From positions 1 through 64,000 of the forward strand of contig CAWGVG010000033.1 of NCBI GenBank assembly GCA_963825865.1: 64,000 nt of DNA. The letters are read 5' to 3'. Of this stretch, positions 1 through 11,702 are shown piece by piece. The DNA is from an uncultured Nitrososphaeraceae archaeon. GTDB lineage: Archaea; Thermoproteota; Nitrososphaeria; Nitrososphaerales; Nitrososphaeraceae. A program made the position numbers and the translations under genes. Under the pieces are notes generated by a model. It searched no databases. It had not been told where the DNA came from and worked only from the letters and a program-made list of their open reading frames with translations. Positions within the stretch are counted from its first letter, which is position 1, and each line of letters opens with the position of its first letter.

Positions 1-141
1 ACCTCATTTGGAAGATCAACACCGAATAATAACAATGAATTGATTGTAAATTAAATACTCAATCCATATAAGAGCAGAATAATTTATTATTTTCAAACAA
101 TAGTCATTCTAACTACACAGGCGTTGTCTTTAGGAACTCTA

Positions 142-1291
142 TCATGTGCTGTGCCTTCCACTCACAGGTGTAATTTCATGTGGCATAATAAACTGAATAC
201 CCAAGCTAATAACATATAATGCTGCTAACATTACTCCTACTTTAAGACCTATTTCTCTCTTAAACATTGGGATCAATGCAATAATAGTTACTACAGTGAC
301 TAGAATCATCTGATAAGAAAGCAGTGTATTAACGCCAATTGCTGAAAAGAATCCCCCATGATACATTGCTCCAAAGACTGCAACTGCAAGTAGTAATGTA
401 TTGTTTAATATTTTGGAACCAAGAACATTAGATATAGCTACAGAAACACCCTGAGCACCTTTCCTGGCCAAGATCATCAGGGATATCTTCTCTGGCATCT
501 CTCCTGCTATTGGACTAATTATCACTGCTAGTATAACTGCGGATATGCCAATATCGGCAGAAATACCTTCTAATGAATGTATGAATGGCTCTGCCCCTAC
601 TAAAATTCCTGCTGTTCCAGCCATAAAAATTAAAATCGCTTTGAGCATTTGTTTATCAAAGTCTTTTGGCGTATGTTGAAAATCCTCTTTTTTGATTTCC
701 ACCAGGTCAGGTTCTGGTTCACTTTTTATCGTTGTTTCTATACTCTGACTCTCATTGTCATCTTTTTCACTACATATTCCTGTAACCTTATTTGATCTGA
801 ATCTTAATAATTGCTTTATTCTTTTCTGCTTTCATTTCATATAGTGCCATCATAAAATATGCAATAAACATGCCAGCAAATATGAATCCGTCAAGATAAT
901 TGTAGCCATCAATGAATAATACGGCGCTTACTATTGCTGTTATGATGAGAAAAATCTTGTCTAGTTTAAAATTGCTTACATTAACACCTTTTAAAGGTGC
1001 TTTGGACAGTCTTGTTGTAGCAATAATTAACATGATTGACAAACCAAGAGTCATCATTAACAGGTTACTTCCCAGTCCTGCACCAAGAGCGACGCCATAA
1101 CTTCCACTAGATGGAGCATAAATCACTATTGCAATTTCTGGAAGTGTTGTGGCTATACTTAACACTGTTCTGCCAACAAACTTAGCACCATACTTGAAAG
1201 ATAGGTGCTCGGCACCGTAAGAAAGAGCCCAGCTCGCAATAATTAATTCGCTTAGCCACATAAGCATATTAATTAAATTGTTATCAAACAT
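142..1291 (-). CDS. Na+/Ca2+ exchanger (CaCA family, YrbG-like), split by a frameshift near 790-810
   Basis: Two hydrophobic ORFs, each with one alpha-repeat motif (TTLPE...GSNLL and GEMPE...GSKILN). The downstream frame is open back to ~810. Confidence 0.8.
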
Positions 1292-1694
1292 AATCTTGTT
1301 TCTTACCCCTATTATTCTACAATTCACTCAGGTTTCGACATACAAGATGTTGCTGCTTCTTCTGTTTGCTTTCACGATCCATATTTAAGACGAGATCTAA
1401 TTTGTCATTATTTATTATTATGCTGTGACTCGAATCAAAGCCAGATAAATCCCCAAAGAAACTTCGACTGGAATCATAATCATAATCTCTATGCTCACGG
1501 CGATCATAGAAGAATAGCTTCTAGGTCGATGATAATGACCTCATCATACTCATGGATGCATCAACTGCATTTCTTTTGAACAATTAGCATATTGGACATG
1601 TGCATCTAAAAATAAGCTCATAAGCTGAGTAAGCATTAAAAGACAAGATATTGCTTAAAAACATTCAGGTCCTCAAGTGAAAATGGGTTGTTAA

Positions 1695-3392
1695 ATGAAA
1701 TTATGTAATGATGATGATAATAATAATATGTTGAGAATTATGGCTAATAATAAAAAACAAAAGAACAATTTTTCAGTAGCAATACTCCTTATCTTTTCTA
1801 TGGGATTTTTAGTAGGGCTTGTTCCTTATGTGGTTTCATATCCATTTCCAATTGGCTATGATGTTGTTAATTACTACATTCCGGTCACGGCAAATTTTGA
1901 TTAGCATTGGTCTAAAATATCAATTCAATTCCCTCTTTATGCTTATTTGCTTCATCTTATAAATATCACAACAGGGCTTTCACCCTACCAATCGGTTATA
2001 ATATTAGCATCTATAATGTCTGGAGTTTTTGCGATATCTCTATTCTTACTATCAACGAAATTGCTGAACCTGTCTATTGAATATAGTCTGTTCTTATCTG
2101 TGTTTGTAATCTTTCAAGTAACTGTGCTCAGGACTATCTGGGATTTGCATCGCGACCTTTTTACACTTTCGCTTATGTCTTTAATTTTTTCATTAATTTA
2201 TGGGAAGAGTGGAAAAGATAAAGAAGCGGAAAAGGAAGTGGAGCTAAAAGACAAAGAGAAACAGAGCGGGAAATTAGTATCTATAAGACGACAGTTGCAA
2301 AAACATATTATCATACGCTATCTGAATTTTAAATCTATCCCATTTATTGCATCATTAACTCTTCTTTCTGCATTAACCTCTTCTGCAGATAGAATGACTG
2401 GAGGGTTATTTACTATTTCTATAGTAATTTATTCATTTGCTGTCGTTAGAACGAAAGTATCAATTCTATGCGCATCGATTGCGTTATTCTTTTTTATAAC
2501 TGGAGCAGTGCCAAGCTATAATGTTATAATTAATGGAATATTTCAGGAGCAAGAGTTAACGACTACGTTAAAAAGCCCAATAATAAAATCATCATCATTG
2601 ATATCTTCTAATATCAATGACATTGATAACAATTATAACCCAATAAATCTTTTGGTATTGTTTATAGTCATTACTGGTTTACTCTTACCTACTGGAATAA
2701 TCGGAATTAAAGAACTCTTCAAGTCGAAGAATGTATTGATTATTCCACTAACCATTACCATCATACTGTCATTCTCATGGATACTTTTCCCATATAAAGA
2801 ATCATTAGTTGCTGATAGATGGATTATATTATCTGGTGTATTCTTATCAATATTTTCAGGATATGGTCTCATAAATCTGGTTCAGCGAATAAAGATTGTT
2901 AGCAACAACAATTCTTTACTCATAAAGAAGTATGCTAAAAAAATAATTTTGCTATCTGTTATAGCTATATTCATTGTGATTGGCATAATATACGAAGTAA
3001 TGCCTACAACGCAAGCTTTTGTAATATATGGAATTACACATAAGAACATAGGAAGTTTTATGCCCCTTACAATGCAAATTAATTCAGTAGATATAAAAGA
3101 TAATCAAAAGCTTTTATCCTCAGTCTCTTGGATAAACAATCATACAGAGCACAATGCAATCATTATAGGAGAAAAGCATTGGCGCGGATTTATGGAATTG
3201 TATTTACGTGGCAATCGCACTTTTTACTTTTCTGATAATTTGTATTCCTTGATAAACCAATTAACGCTGAAAAACGATGTTCCCATGTATTTGGTTAAAA
3301 TCTCGGATTACAAAAACGGGAACACTAAAAGTAACAATGATCTGTTATTTTCCGCTAACCCATTCTCTGTCTACAAAGTAGAACACCATTAA
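1695..3392 (+). CDS. Polytopic membrane protein, putative GT-C-fold glycosyltransferase-like; one in-frame TAG at 1902-1904
   Basis: ORFs 1695..1904 and 1947..3392 share a frame. PIGYD loop after TM1, many TM helices, DRW motif, C-terminal soluble domain (SWINNHT...IIIGEKHW). Confidence 0.55.
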
Positions 3393-3755
3393 CCAAGTCA
3401 GGAAAAAAAAGCATACCTCCTTCTCTGATAAAATACTCTTCAACCTTTATGCGGGCAACAACAAAATTCCATTTAATCTATGTAATAACAACAACAATGT
3501 TGTGTCGTGTTTGCTGTGATCTTTCGTTATTTAACGTTCGTTCCTTTATAACAAACCTGGCTGATTATAGTATGAAATCTGAAATGACCTCCAAATACCA
3601 TAAATTAATGGTTATGGAAGGTGTTTTCGTCAATATTAATAATATTAATAACAATATTATTTAAATTTGATTGGTACTATACATATTACCCACTATTATA
3701 CCAACTTTCTTTTGTTTATATAACGGATTAGTTATATATTAATTAAATACGACGC

Positions 3756-4865
3756 ATGCCGACTTTAACAGCAGAAGAATCTAAAATTATAATAATATCC
3801 GCTTTTGCAATACTGCTAACTAGCATTCTACTAGTATATTTACCTGTTTTAGCAGCATATAGTGATATCCAATTAATTTCTTCTAATAATACTGAAAACA
3901 GACATGATAGACATATTACTATCCTAACCGACAATAATTCGACTTTGGGTTCTGGATCTCAGTCAGGCATTGTAAATAAATTAACACCAAAACCTTCATC
4001 ATCAACAACCGAAGCTGAACAAGCGTCCACAGCATCAGCACCTCCAATCAAAATGGTCGCTTTAACTACTACAAATGCAAATTTAACTGGGACCAACAAG
4101 CATGATGGTGGAGTAGATAAATTCGGCATAAAAGAAATACATCCAACTAAGAAAGGTGGAAGAGAATGGTACATTAATATGAATAATCCTGTAAATGATA
4201 CTTTATTTTCTATTGGAGGATCTAGTCAAAGCATTACCCAACAAACTAATGATGGATCCTGGCGCATTGCTAATCCACAGGTAAGAATGCGTGTTACTGC
4301 TCCTCCAGATTCTGCGCAATGGAAGAATGTAGAGATAACCGGTTATGTTAAAGTAAATTCTACCAGCGATAATCGTAAGCATCAAGGAGATATACCTAAC
4401 GATATTGCATGGCTTGCAAGAAGTGGAAGACACAACGATGAAGTCCCATGTGATGGTACAGCTCTAATAGGTGGAATACGTGAAGATGGTAGTGTGGGGT
4501 GGAAAAAAGAGATATGGTTTACAGGCGGTTATACAAAAGAATTGGCTCAAGCTAAACCTACGGATTCAATAGTGGGAAGGTGGATTGGTTGGAAGGTTAT
4601 AATGTATAACATGGCAAATGACACAGCAGTAAGAATGGAATCATACCTAGATGATAATAATAACAACCATTGGGTAAAGGTTACAGATATTATTGACGAT
4701 GGTGGATGGTATGCTGATGCTGGCGACGATGAATTTTATAGTGCGGATTGTGGTAAACCCAAAGACTATATAATAACAGATTCTGGTCCTGTGGTAATAT
4801 TCAGAGCAGATAATATGATATTAGATTTTAAAAACCTCAGCGTAAGGGAGATTGAGTCCAGCTAA
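3756..4865 (+). CDS. Secreted protein with Ser/Thr linker and Trp-rich beta domain (thaumarchaeal DKFGIKEI.PTK.GGREW family; possibly carbohydrate-active)
   Basis: 369-aa ORF with signal/TM segment, low-complexity linker and a Trp/Gly-rich C-terminal domain. Function is inferred only. Confidence 0.6.
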   Translation: MPTLTAEESKIIIISAFAILLTSILLVYLPVLAAYSDIQLISSNNTENRHDRHITILTDNNSTLGSGSQSGIVNKLTPKPSSSTTEAEQASTASAPPIKMVALTTTNANLTGTNKHDGGVDKFGIKEIHPTKKGGREWYINMNNPVNDTLFSIGGSSQSITQQTNDGSWRIANPQVRMRVTAPPDSAQWKNVEITGYVKVNSTSDNRKHQGDIPNDIAWLARSGRHNDEVPCDGTALIGGIREDGSVGWKKEIWFTGGYTKELAQAKPTDSIVGRWIGWKVIMYNMANDTAVRMESYLDDNNNNHWVKVTDIIDDGGWYADAGDDEFYSADCGKPKDYIITDSGPVVIFRADNMILDFKNLSVREIESS

Positions 4866-4984
4866 ATCGCATAGTAGAAGAATCAAAGTTATTTTTATCA
4901 AACTAACAACTTGTTATCTTTGATTGCCGGGAATGTCAGTGTCTTTATATATGTCCGCTGCGATTATTAACAACAATAGTACAT

Positions 4985-6175
4985 TTGAAAAGTAAAATAG
5001 TTTTATCATCTCTAAGGTATATGCTATTTACAGTTATTCCATTAGCTTTATTGGCTTTCACTGATCCTGCGATAGCAGAAGAAATGACAAATTCAACTTC
5101 TTCTTCTTCTTCTAACGAAAACTGTATTAGCTATGATCCTTCTGGTAGGATAATTTCAATAGGGTGTAAATCAGCAAGTCTAACCGATATAGACAACCAG
5201 CTTAACGATGATAGTGTTTTGGATAGACAAGGCGACGGAGTCTGGTTGCTAAATGCAGGTATTGTAATTGCGAACGACGCCACATTTATCATTGATCCAA
5301 AAGATACCACATGGCTAAAGATAGTTGCAGATGGAACAAATGCATACCCAATACAAGTATTTGGTAGCCTAAAGATTGATTCAGTAAAAGTAACTTCATG
5401 GAATCCACAAACCAATGACTATGGCCAAAGTTATGGATCAAGGGAAACTTCTGGAAAAATAGTTCATCCAGGAGCTCCTAGACCATATATTAGAGTGGAA
5501 AAAGAAGCAACAGGTACAACAGACATTACTAACTCAGAGATTGCATATTTAGGATACGAAGGAGGATGGGGTACAGGAACATCTGGGATTCATTATCATT
5601 TGGCAGGACATGGTAGTGTAATAAGAAATAACGATATACACCATCTATATTTTGGGTTTTATTCAGTCGGCGTAGGAAATATGGTGATTGAAAACAATAA
5701 AGTTCATGATATGGGTCATTATGGCATAGATCCGCATACAGGAACTCATGATATGGTAATTAGAAATAACACTGTATATGGCAACAATGGTACAGCTATA
5801 ATCTGTTCGCAAGATTGCTATAACATACTTTTTGAAAAAAATGTAGTTTATAATAATACAGGGTCTGGAATAGCATTTAGTAGAAATGTGACTAATTCTA
5901 TTGCTAGGGACAATAACATCTACGATCAGTCCAGAGCTATTCACGTTTCTCAGTCACACAATAATGAGATATACAATAATACAATTTCAAATGGCAAATC
6001 GGGTATTGTTTTGATTAGCAACTCTTCTGCCAATAAGGTGCATGATAACAATATCATAAATGCCAAAAATCCCTTGAGGATTGATCCTGGTCTTGATCAA
6101 GTCAATACGCTTTATGCTAATAGAATAGAAAATAATAGCACTCCTAGTTCTTCTTCTACTGCTAATCAAGAATAA
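4985..6175 (+). CDS. Secreted right-handed parallel beta-helix protein, AlgG (mannuronan C5-epimerase)-like
   Basis: Signal peptide, Asn-ladder repeats, and RPYI...SEIAYLGY...YFGFYS...YGIDPH motifs in the same order as in AlgG. Confidence 0.75.
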   Translation: MKSKIVLSSLRYMLFTVIPLALLAFTDPAIAEEMTNSTSSSSSNENCISYDPSGRIISIGCKSASLTDIDNQLNDDSVLDRQGDGVWLLNAGIVIANDATFIIDPKDTTWLKIVADGTNAYPIQVFGSLKIDSVKVTSWNPQTNDYGQSYGSRETSGKIVHPGAPRPYIRVEKEATGTTDITNSEIAYLGYEGGWGTGTSGIHYHLAGHGSVIRNNDIHHLYFGFYSVGVGNMVIENNKVHDMGHYGIDPHTGTHDMVIRNNTVYGNNGTAIICSQDCYNILFEKNVVYNNTGSGIAFSRNVTNSIARDNNIYDQSRAIHVSQSHNNEIYNNTISNGKSGIVLISNSSANKVHDNNIINAKNPLRIDPGLDQVNTLYANRIENNSTPSSSSTANQE

Positions 6176-6572
6176 GCAACCAAGGTCAATGAAGGATCTG
6201 ATGTGCTATAATAATATAATTACTTTACTCGTTAAACAGTAGAGGAAATAGCCTATATGCATAAATAGCTCAAAAAAAATCTATTTATCAATAATGATAA
6301 TGATGATGATCCTTATCTTCAAAAAGATAAAGCTATTTGCTATTATAACGAGGTCGTGTTGAGAAGCCAACGAGCATAAGTACGTTAGGCACTATTATTA
6401 TATCATGCATTACTAATTGAAAAAGCCTATAATACCGTATAACACATGGCTTTAGATCAAAAATTTATACCTGTACTCCTCCTCCGGTTTTGCTCACAAG
6501 ATCTGCATGAACATATAATTGATCAAGTTTATATCCTCACCATTATATAGTTGATTGATTTCCTATTATTGT

Positions 6573-6924
6573 ATGTCACAAAGAAACGAGGAACAGCAGC
6601 AACTCCCAACTTATCTAAAATATAGGACCTTAAAAGATATGCTCAAAATCATACTCTTTGTCCGCCCAATCGGCTCTTGGCCTAATCCCAATGCTTTATC
6701 ACATCAACTACAATAATCAACAAATAATATTTCTGCAAACCGGAGCAATAGGCGGCGTCGTAATTCATTATATTGTACAGGATGAAAAGCCGAGTAAGAA
6801 ATTCATCGAGTTAAAGCGATTAACCGATCAATTTAGCTTTGTCGATGATATCGGAACTGATACACAATCATTATACCTTCCCATATTAGAACTGGAATAC
6901 TCAACGCTCAAATTTCCCCTATAA
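6573..6924 (+). CDS. Conserved cren/thaumarchaeal hypothetical protein, frameshift near 6655
   Basis: ATG at 6573 (MSQRNEEQQQLPTYLKYRTLKDML) joins ORF 6658..6924 across a 1-bp indel. Confidence 0.6.
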
Positions 6925-7122
6925 AATTTGGCTTTTAAATGCAAAAGAGCGTTACTTTAGTGGATGCGCCGCTGAAATAATATCATAATAAACCCTATAA
7001 AATAGTAAATTGGGTTCCTTCTGCAAGTTCCATGATGAACATGATATATCTGACATGTATCAAATTTGCGATATATGCATATTCTTAATTAACCCTTGTA
7101 ATCATATTGGCATGTTGTTAAA

Positions 7123-7869
7123 GTGTTGGAAGATAAAGTTGCAGTAGTCACGGGGGCAAGTAGTGGAATAGGCTATTCTACATCTTTAGCGTTATCAAAA
7201 GCTGGTGTAAGGGTAGCAGTTGGAGCAAGGCGCAAAGACAGGTTACAAGAGTTAGAAAAGCAAATAATCAAGATAAACAATAAAGGAGAAATCTTTATCC
7301 AAAAACTTGATGTTACAAGCAAATCAGATTGTGATTCATTTGCTGAAGCTGTAGTAAAAAAATGGGGAAAAATTGATATTCTAATTAACAATGCTGGTTT
7401 AATGCCCTTAAGTTATTTTGAGAATCTCAAAGTGGAAGAATGGGAACGGATGATTGATGTAAATATCAAAGGAGTCTTATACTGCACTTCAGCAGTAATT
7501 CCATATATGTTAGATGGTAAATCGGGACACATAGTCAATATCTCTTCGGTTGCAGGGAGAATAGTATTTGCGGGAGGAAGTGTCTACTGCGCAACAAAAC
7601 ATGCCATTACTGCATTTAGCGAAGGTTTAAGAAAGGAATTAAGCCCAAAATATAACATACGCGTTACATGTATTGAACCAGGAGCTGTTTCAACAGAACT
7701 AATGGACTCAATAACAGATGAATCTATGAGAGGATTTATACAAGCTACTAAGAATATGGAAATATTGCAGTCAGAGGATATAGCAAATGCGGTCTTGTAC
7801 GCAATAGAAACACCGAATCATGTTAATGTCAATGAGATATTGATTAGGCCCACATCCCAAGAAAGGTGA
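7123..7869 (+). CDS. Short-chain dehydrogenase/reductase (YdfG-like)
   Basis: TGASSGIG, NNAG and YCATK motifs; C-terminal VNEILIRPT. Confidence 0.92.
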   Translation: MLEDKVAVVTGASSGIGYSTSLALSKAGVRVAVGARRKDRLQELEKQIIKINNKGEIFIQKLDVTSKSDCDSFAEAVVKKWGKIDILINNAGLMPLSYFENLKVEEWERMIDVNIKGVLYCTSAVIPYMLDGKSGHIVNISSVAGRIVFAGGSVYCATKHAITAFSEGLRKELSPKYNIRVTCIEPGAVSTELMDSITDESMRGFIQATKNMEILQSEDIANAVLYAIETPNHVNVNEILIRPTSQER

Positions 7870-8049
7870 GATCGCATATCATGCTTGAAGCGTATGTATT
7901 GCTCTCTGTTGATTAACCTTTAAAGTAAGGCCTATTAATTGGCAGTTAGGTTATACTTATTATGATAGAAGCAATATTCAAAGTCTATGAGTTGTTGAAA
8001 TCAATGATTGCACAGGTAACAGTTGTTTAACATGTAGTAGCGAGGCATA

Positions 8050-8780
8050 TTTAGAGTTTTACAAACCTGCCCTTATTAGAGCAAACTCGTGCTAGGGTAA
8101 TTAAAACCTTAATGGATGGAATCCAACTTAATATGTCAACCGAAGAATCTAAAAAATTACTAAAAAGACATGTAAACAGCAAAACAAATCTTGTGATTAT
8201 GTTTGTAGATATTAGTAACTCAACGGAAATGAGCCTATCTTTACCAGAGGACAAATTTGCTCTAATAGTGCAAATCTTTGCCCAAGAATTAAGTATAGCC
8301 ATATCAGGTTATGGTGGCTATGTATTCAAGTATGAAGGTGATGCTGTCATTGTATTATTTCCAGCAGAATATGATAAGTAAAAGCATGCAAAAATGCATT
8401 GAATTATTCGAGAGCGATTTTAGAAATCATAAGAGAAGTTATCAATCCTGCTTTTAAGGCAAATAAATTATCTGAAATCTCAGTAAGAACAGGATTGGAT
8501 CACGGTGATGCTCTAGTAGTGCTTTACGGCAAGAACTTAGAAAAGGCACACATAGATATAATCGGGTCTAGTATAAGTATGGAGCAAAGGTTGCATCTCT
8601 TGCACAGCCTAATCAGGTGTTGTTTACAATATTCTTGAGTCATCGATAAGCCACAAAGACTTTGTAAATAATAATAAGTTTATAGAGGTAAATCTCGATC
8701 CAACAAAATGGAGTTACCCTTCTCACTTGAATGCTGGAAGTATATATTGTGTATATGAGTATAGTTATATTGTCATCTAA
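8050..8780 (+). pseudogene. Class III adenylate/guanylate cyclase, N-terminally truncated and disrupted
   Basis: MFVDISNST, FKYEGDAV, RTGLDHG and DIIGSSIS motifs; disrupted at ~8380 (TAA/frameshift) and ~8580. Confidence 0.8.
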
Positions 8781-10028
8781 CTATTTTACCTATAGGAACA
8801 CTAGGTCTAAAGCGTAATGGCAGATGGTTTACTCCATGGAAAAACACTCCGTGAAGAGGTTTTAACGCTTCTTGTTTATATTCATCATCGAATCTTAAAT
8901 CATGTAATCTCTCGAGAATTATCTTCAATACTACCTGTGCTTCCAGACGAGCCAATGTAGATCCTAGACAAAAATGAATGCCGTGGCCAAAGGCGATATG
9001 AGCATTTGGATTACGTGCCATGTCAAATTGTTCTGGAAAATGGAAAATAGATTCATCATGGTTTGCTGATCCTATCCATATAATCATCCTTTGTCCATAT
9101 TGTATTTTTCGTCCACCAATATTGGTGTCGTGGATTGCGAACCGAAATAGTGCTTGAACAGGAGATCGGTAACGTAATGTTTCTTCTATCGCAGAAGGAA
9201 TTAAAGGGTAGGACTTATTATCCTGTAATAATAACAGTTTGAATTGTTGAGGATGTTCAAGCAAGGATCGAATTGTATTGCCTATTAGGTTTACTGTTGT
9301 TACATGTCCAGCTAAAAGTAAAAGTGAACAGAAGGCAAGAATTTCTTGCTCAGACAGAGAATCTCCATCAATCTCTGCATTCAATAGATTGCTTATTAGA
9401 TCATTGCGTCGGTATTGCTTTTCGTTTTCCAACAATATTACCAAAATATGAATCCATTTCATTTTGAACTTTTTTGAAAATGTGTTCTGAATTCTTGTCA
9501 GGAATGTTGCTGCCTACCTGTAGTTGATCCGAGTAACTGGTCTGCCCAATTTCTAAAGAGATCTTGATCCATGACTGGAACACCAACCAATTGTGCAATA
9601 ACTGTTACCGGCAATGGATATGCTAAATCGCTTATCAGATCCATTTTACCTTTTTCAATTATTTTATTTATCATATCATGGCCGATTTCTTCTATTGTTG
9701 GTTTTAGCTTGGATATTGTCTTAGGAGTAAAGGCTGAGGCAATGACGCTGCGTAGCTTGCTGTGATAGGGCGGATCAGATGTGAGCAGACTAGGCCGGAA
9801 ACCCTGCGGTTCTTGTTCTTTTTGTGATGATTTTTTTATGTTGGCTAATTTCTGAACGTCAGAGGAAAAATTTCTATAATCAGTGAGGATAGTTTGTGCA
9901 TCATTATAACCAAAGATTCCCCACATACTATTTTTATCATCATATGCGACGGGATCGAGATGTCTCATTTTTTTATAAAATGGAAAAGGATTCAACAGCT
10001 CTTGTGGCGATGGAAAGATATCAGCCAT
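8773..10028 (-). CDS. Cytochrome P450, split by frameshifts at ~9400-9550
   Basis: LLTSDPPYH, AGHVTT I-helix, EETLRY and heme motif FGHGIHFCLG. Confidence 0.92.
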
Positions 10029-10533
10029 GTTTTCAACACATGTTAAACAATAATTTATGCCTATTCCAAACTCGGTTGTTATTTGATTATATTTGTTCTT
10101 ATATCGTTCATTTTCCTCTTGATTATCAGACTCTTTGCATTTAGCCTGGTTTACTTTGATTTATGTATCATTATTTTTGAGCTTTTGCGACGCCAATTCT
10201 AGAAGAAGTAATGAAACTGCGGATCATCAATGATGTCAGAGGACGGCGAGTATATGGTCAAAGATGTTAAAAATTCGGAATATTCGCTATACGAATGGAG
10301 GGGCTTATCATATCAATCTTACAGGGGAAGCAGTTAAGATACCATACATAATGCAAAAAGGGGCGATAAAAATAATAATAGAGATACCACCTGCTCGTAT
10401 AATTCTCACAGATATCGCTCCCGAAGATAACAATAATGATACAGCAGTAGTAACAAAGATAACAATAAAAATAGTAGAAATATGAATATAGAAAATTATC
10501 AGTACAGTTACTATACTGTTGTATAATTAGTCA

Positions 10534-10734
10534 TCATCTCAGAACTTTAAAACCAATTCTGACTTCCGCTTGGAATTCTATTTTTTCGCCTTCTTTTACC
10601 CGAAATGTGACACGACCCAATTCTCCCCATTCTATATTCTTTACCGTTTTTGCAGCCTCTTTAAAGGCATTATTCACGGCATCAGTAATGTCTGTATTTG
10701 AGGTTCCTATTATGTCCGTATATTTATAAACCAT
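10534..10734 (-). CDS. Dodecin (flavin-binding protein)
   Basis: 66 aa, VYK..IIGTS...DAVNNA...A.KTVKNI.W...FQAEVRIGF signature. Confidence 0.9.
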   Translation of the reverse strand: MVYKYTDIIGTSNTDITDAVNNAFKEAAKTVKNIEWGELGRVTFRVKEGEKIEFQAEVRIGFKVLR

Positions 10735-10996
10735 ATGTTACAGAAGAGCATTGTCATTTATATACATATTATTTAATAATAAATTGTTATTGAAATGCTT
10801 CCAAATACTACTGACGAGAGAAAGTATATTATTATTACTATGTGGTACTGGCAGTTGTTGGATGCTGATGAAGAAGAAGAAGAAAAGACTAGTCCAATTT
10901 TTAAATCAAAGGCAAAGGAAAAGTTAATGTACAAATCATTATTATTAGATCCAATAGAGGCATTATAAAGAATAAATATCATATTTATCGCAATAA

Positions 10997-11314
10997 TTGT
11001 CTCTTGCGCAATTCTTTATACCTCAGACAATTATTAATGGAAATATAACAAGTGCGCAGCAGCCAAATAAAAATAATAGCACTGGTGTTACTAATGCGGC
11101 CGCTAATACTACTAAAGAGGCAAAAGCTGCAGAAAATAAAACAGGTGGAGAAGCACAGTCTTCCGCCGCTAATACGACTCAAGCAGCTAAAAGTGCAGAG
11201 AATAAACTAGAACATGCAGCAAAGACATTTATGAACAATACAGGACATGCAGCAAAACAATTCATTACTAATCTAACTGGAACGACTAAACAATTCCTGG
11301 TCGGCGGCAAATAG
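10997..11314 (+). CDS. Small LEA-like protein with 11/22-residue repeats, probably secreted
   Basis: AAANTTKEAKAAENKTGGEAQS / SAANTTQAAKSAENKLEHAAKT / FMNNTGHAAKQFITNLTGTTKQ. A hydrophobic segment lies just upstream in another frame. Confidence 0.6.
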   Translation: MSLAQFFIPQTIINGNITSAQQPNKNNSTGVTNAAANTTKEAKAAENKTGGEAQSSAANTTQAAKSAENKLEHAAKTFMNNTGHAAKQFITNLTGTTKQFLVGGK

Positions 11315-11702
11315 TAATGCGATAAAATAAAGTCCGGTATACATTTGAACTAATTACTCGCTTACAGACAATTGACTTTAATAATAATACGACAAATTGC
11401 ATTTATTAAATTAGATCATTAAATGTTAAACTATACCTATATGTGACATCTGTCAAAAAAATGGCATTCTACAGTGACTTTTTTCGCATTCATACATCAT
11501 ACCACATTTATGGCATTGATGATGACAAAGCTGTTTCTGTTCTTGTTGCCGTAGGCTACCTCTACTACAACTAACTGCCCCTGCTATTGTCAGTCTAATT
11601 CAACCAAAAATCTCGTTTCATTGGTTGACTTTTTCTCCAATATTCCTTGATCTATAATAGATGTATTGCTAAAAGTTATATTAGTTTAATTTTTTCATAA
11701 TT

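Noticed and set aside
1902-1904. In-frame TAG codons (1902, 21949, ABM and rhodanese relics) suggesting amber readthrough or pyrrolysine
   Set aside because: No pyl genes or suppressor tRNA seen. TAG ends normal genes here (e.g. 16759, 24008), and most cases lie in decayed fragments. Point mutation or read error is simpler.
4985-6175. NosD / nitrous oxide reductase accessory call for the beta-helix proteins
   Set aside because: No nos genes in the window; the motifs fit AlgG-type proteins better.
10264-10485. 73-aa ORF that might be an AbrB-like regulator
   Set aside because: No convincing signature and a low-complexity C-terminus; left uncalled.
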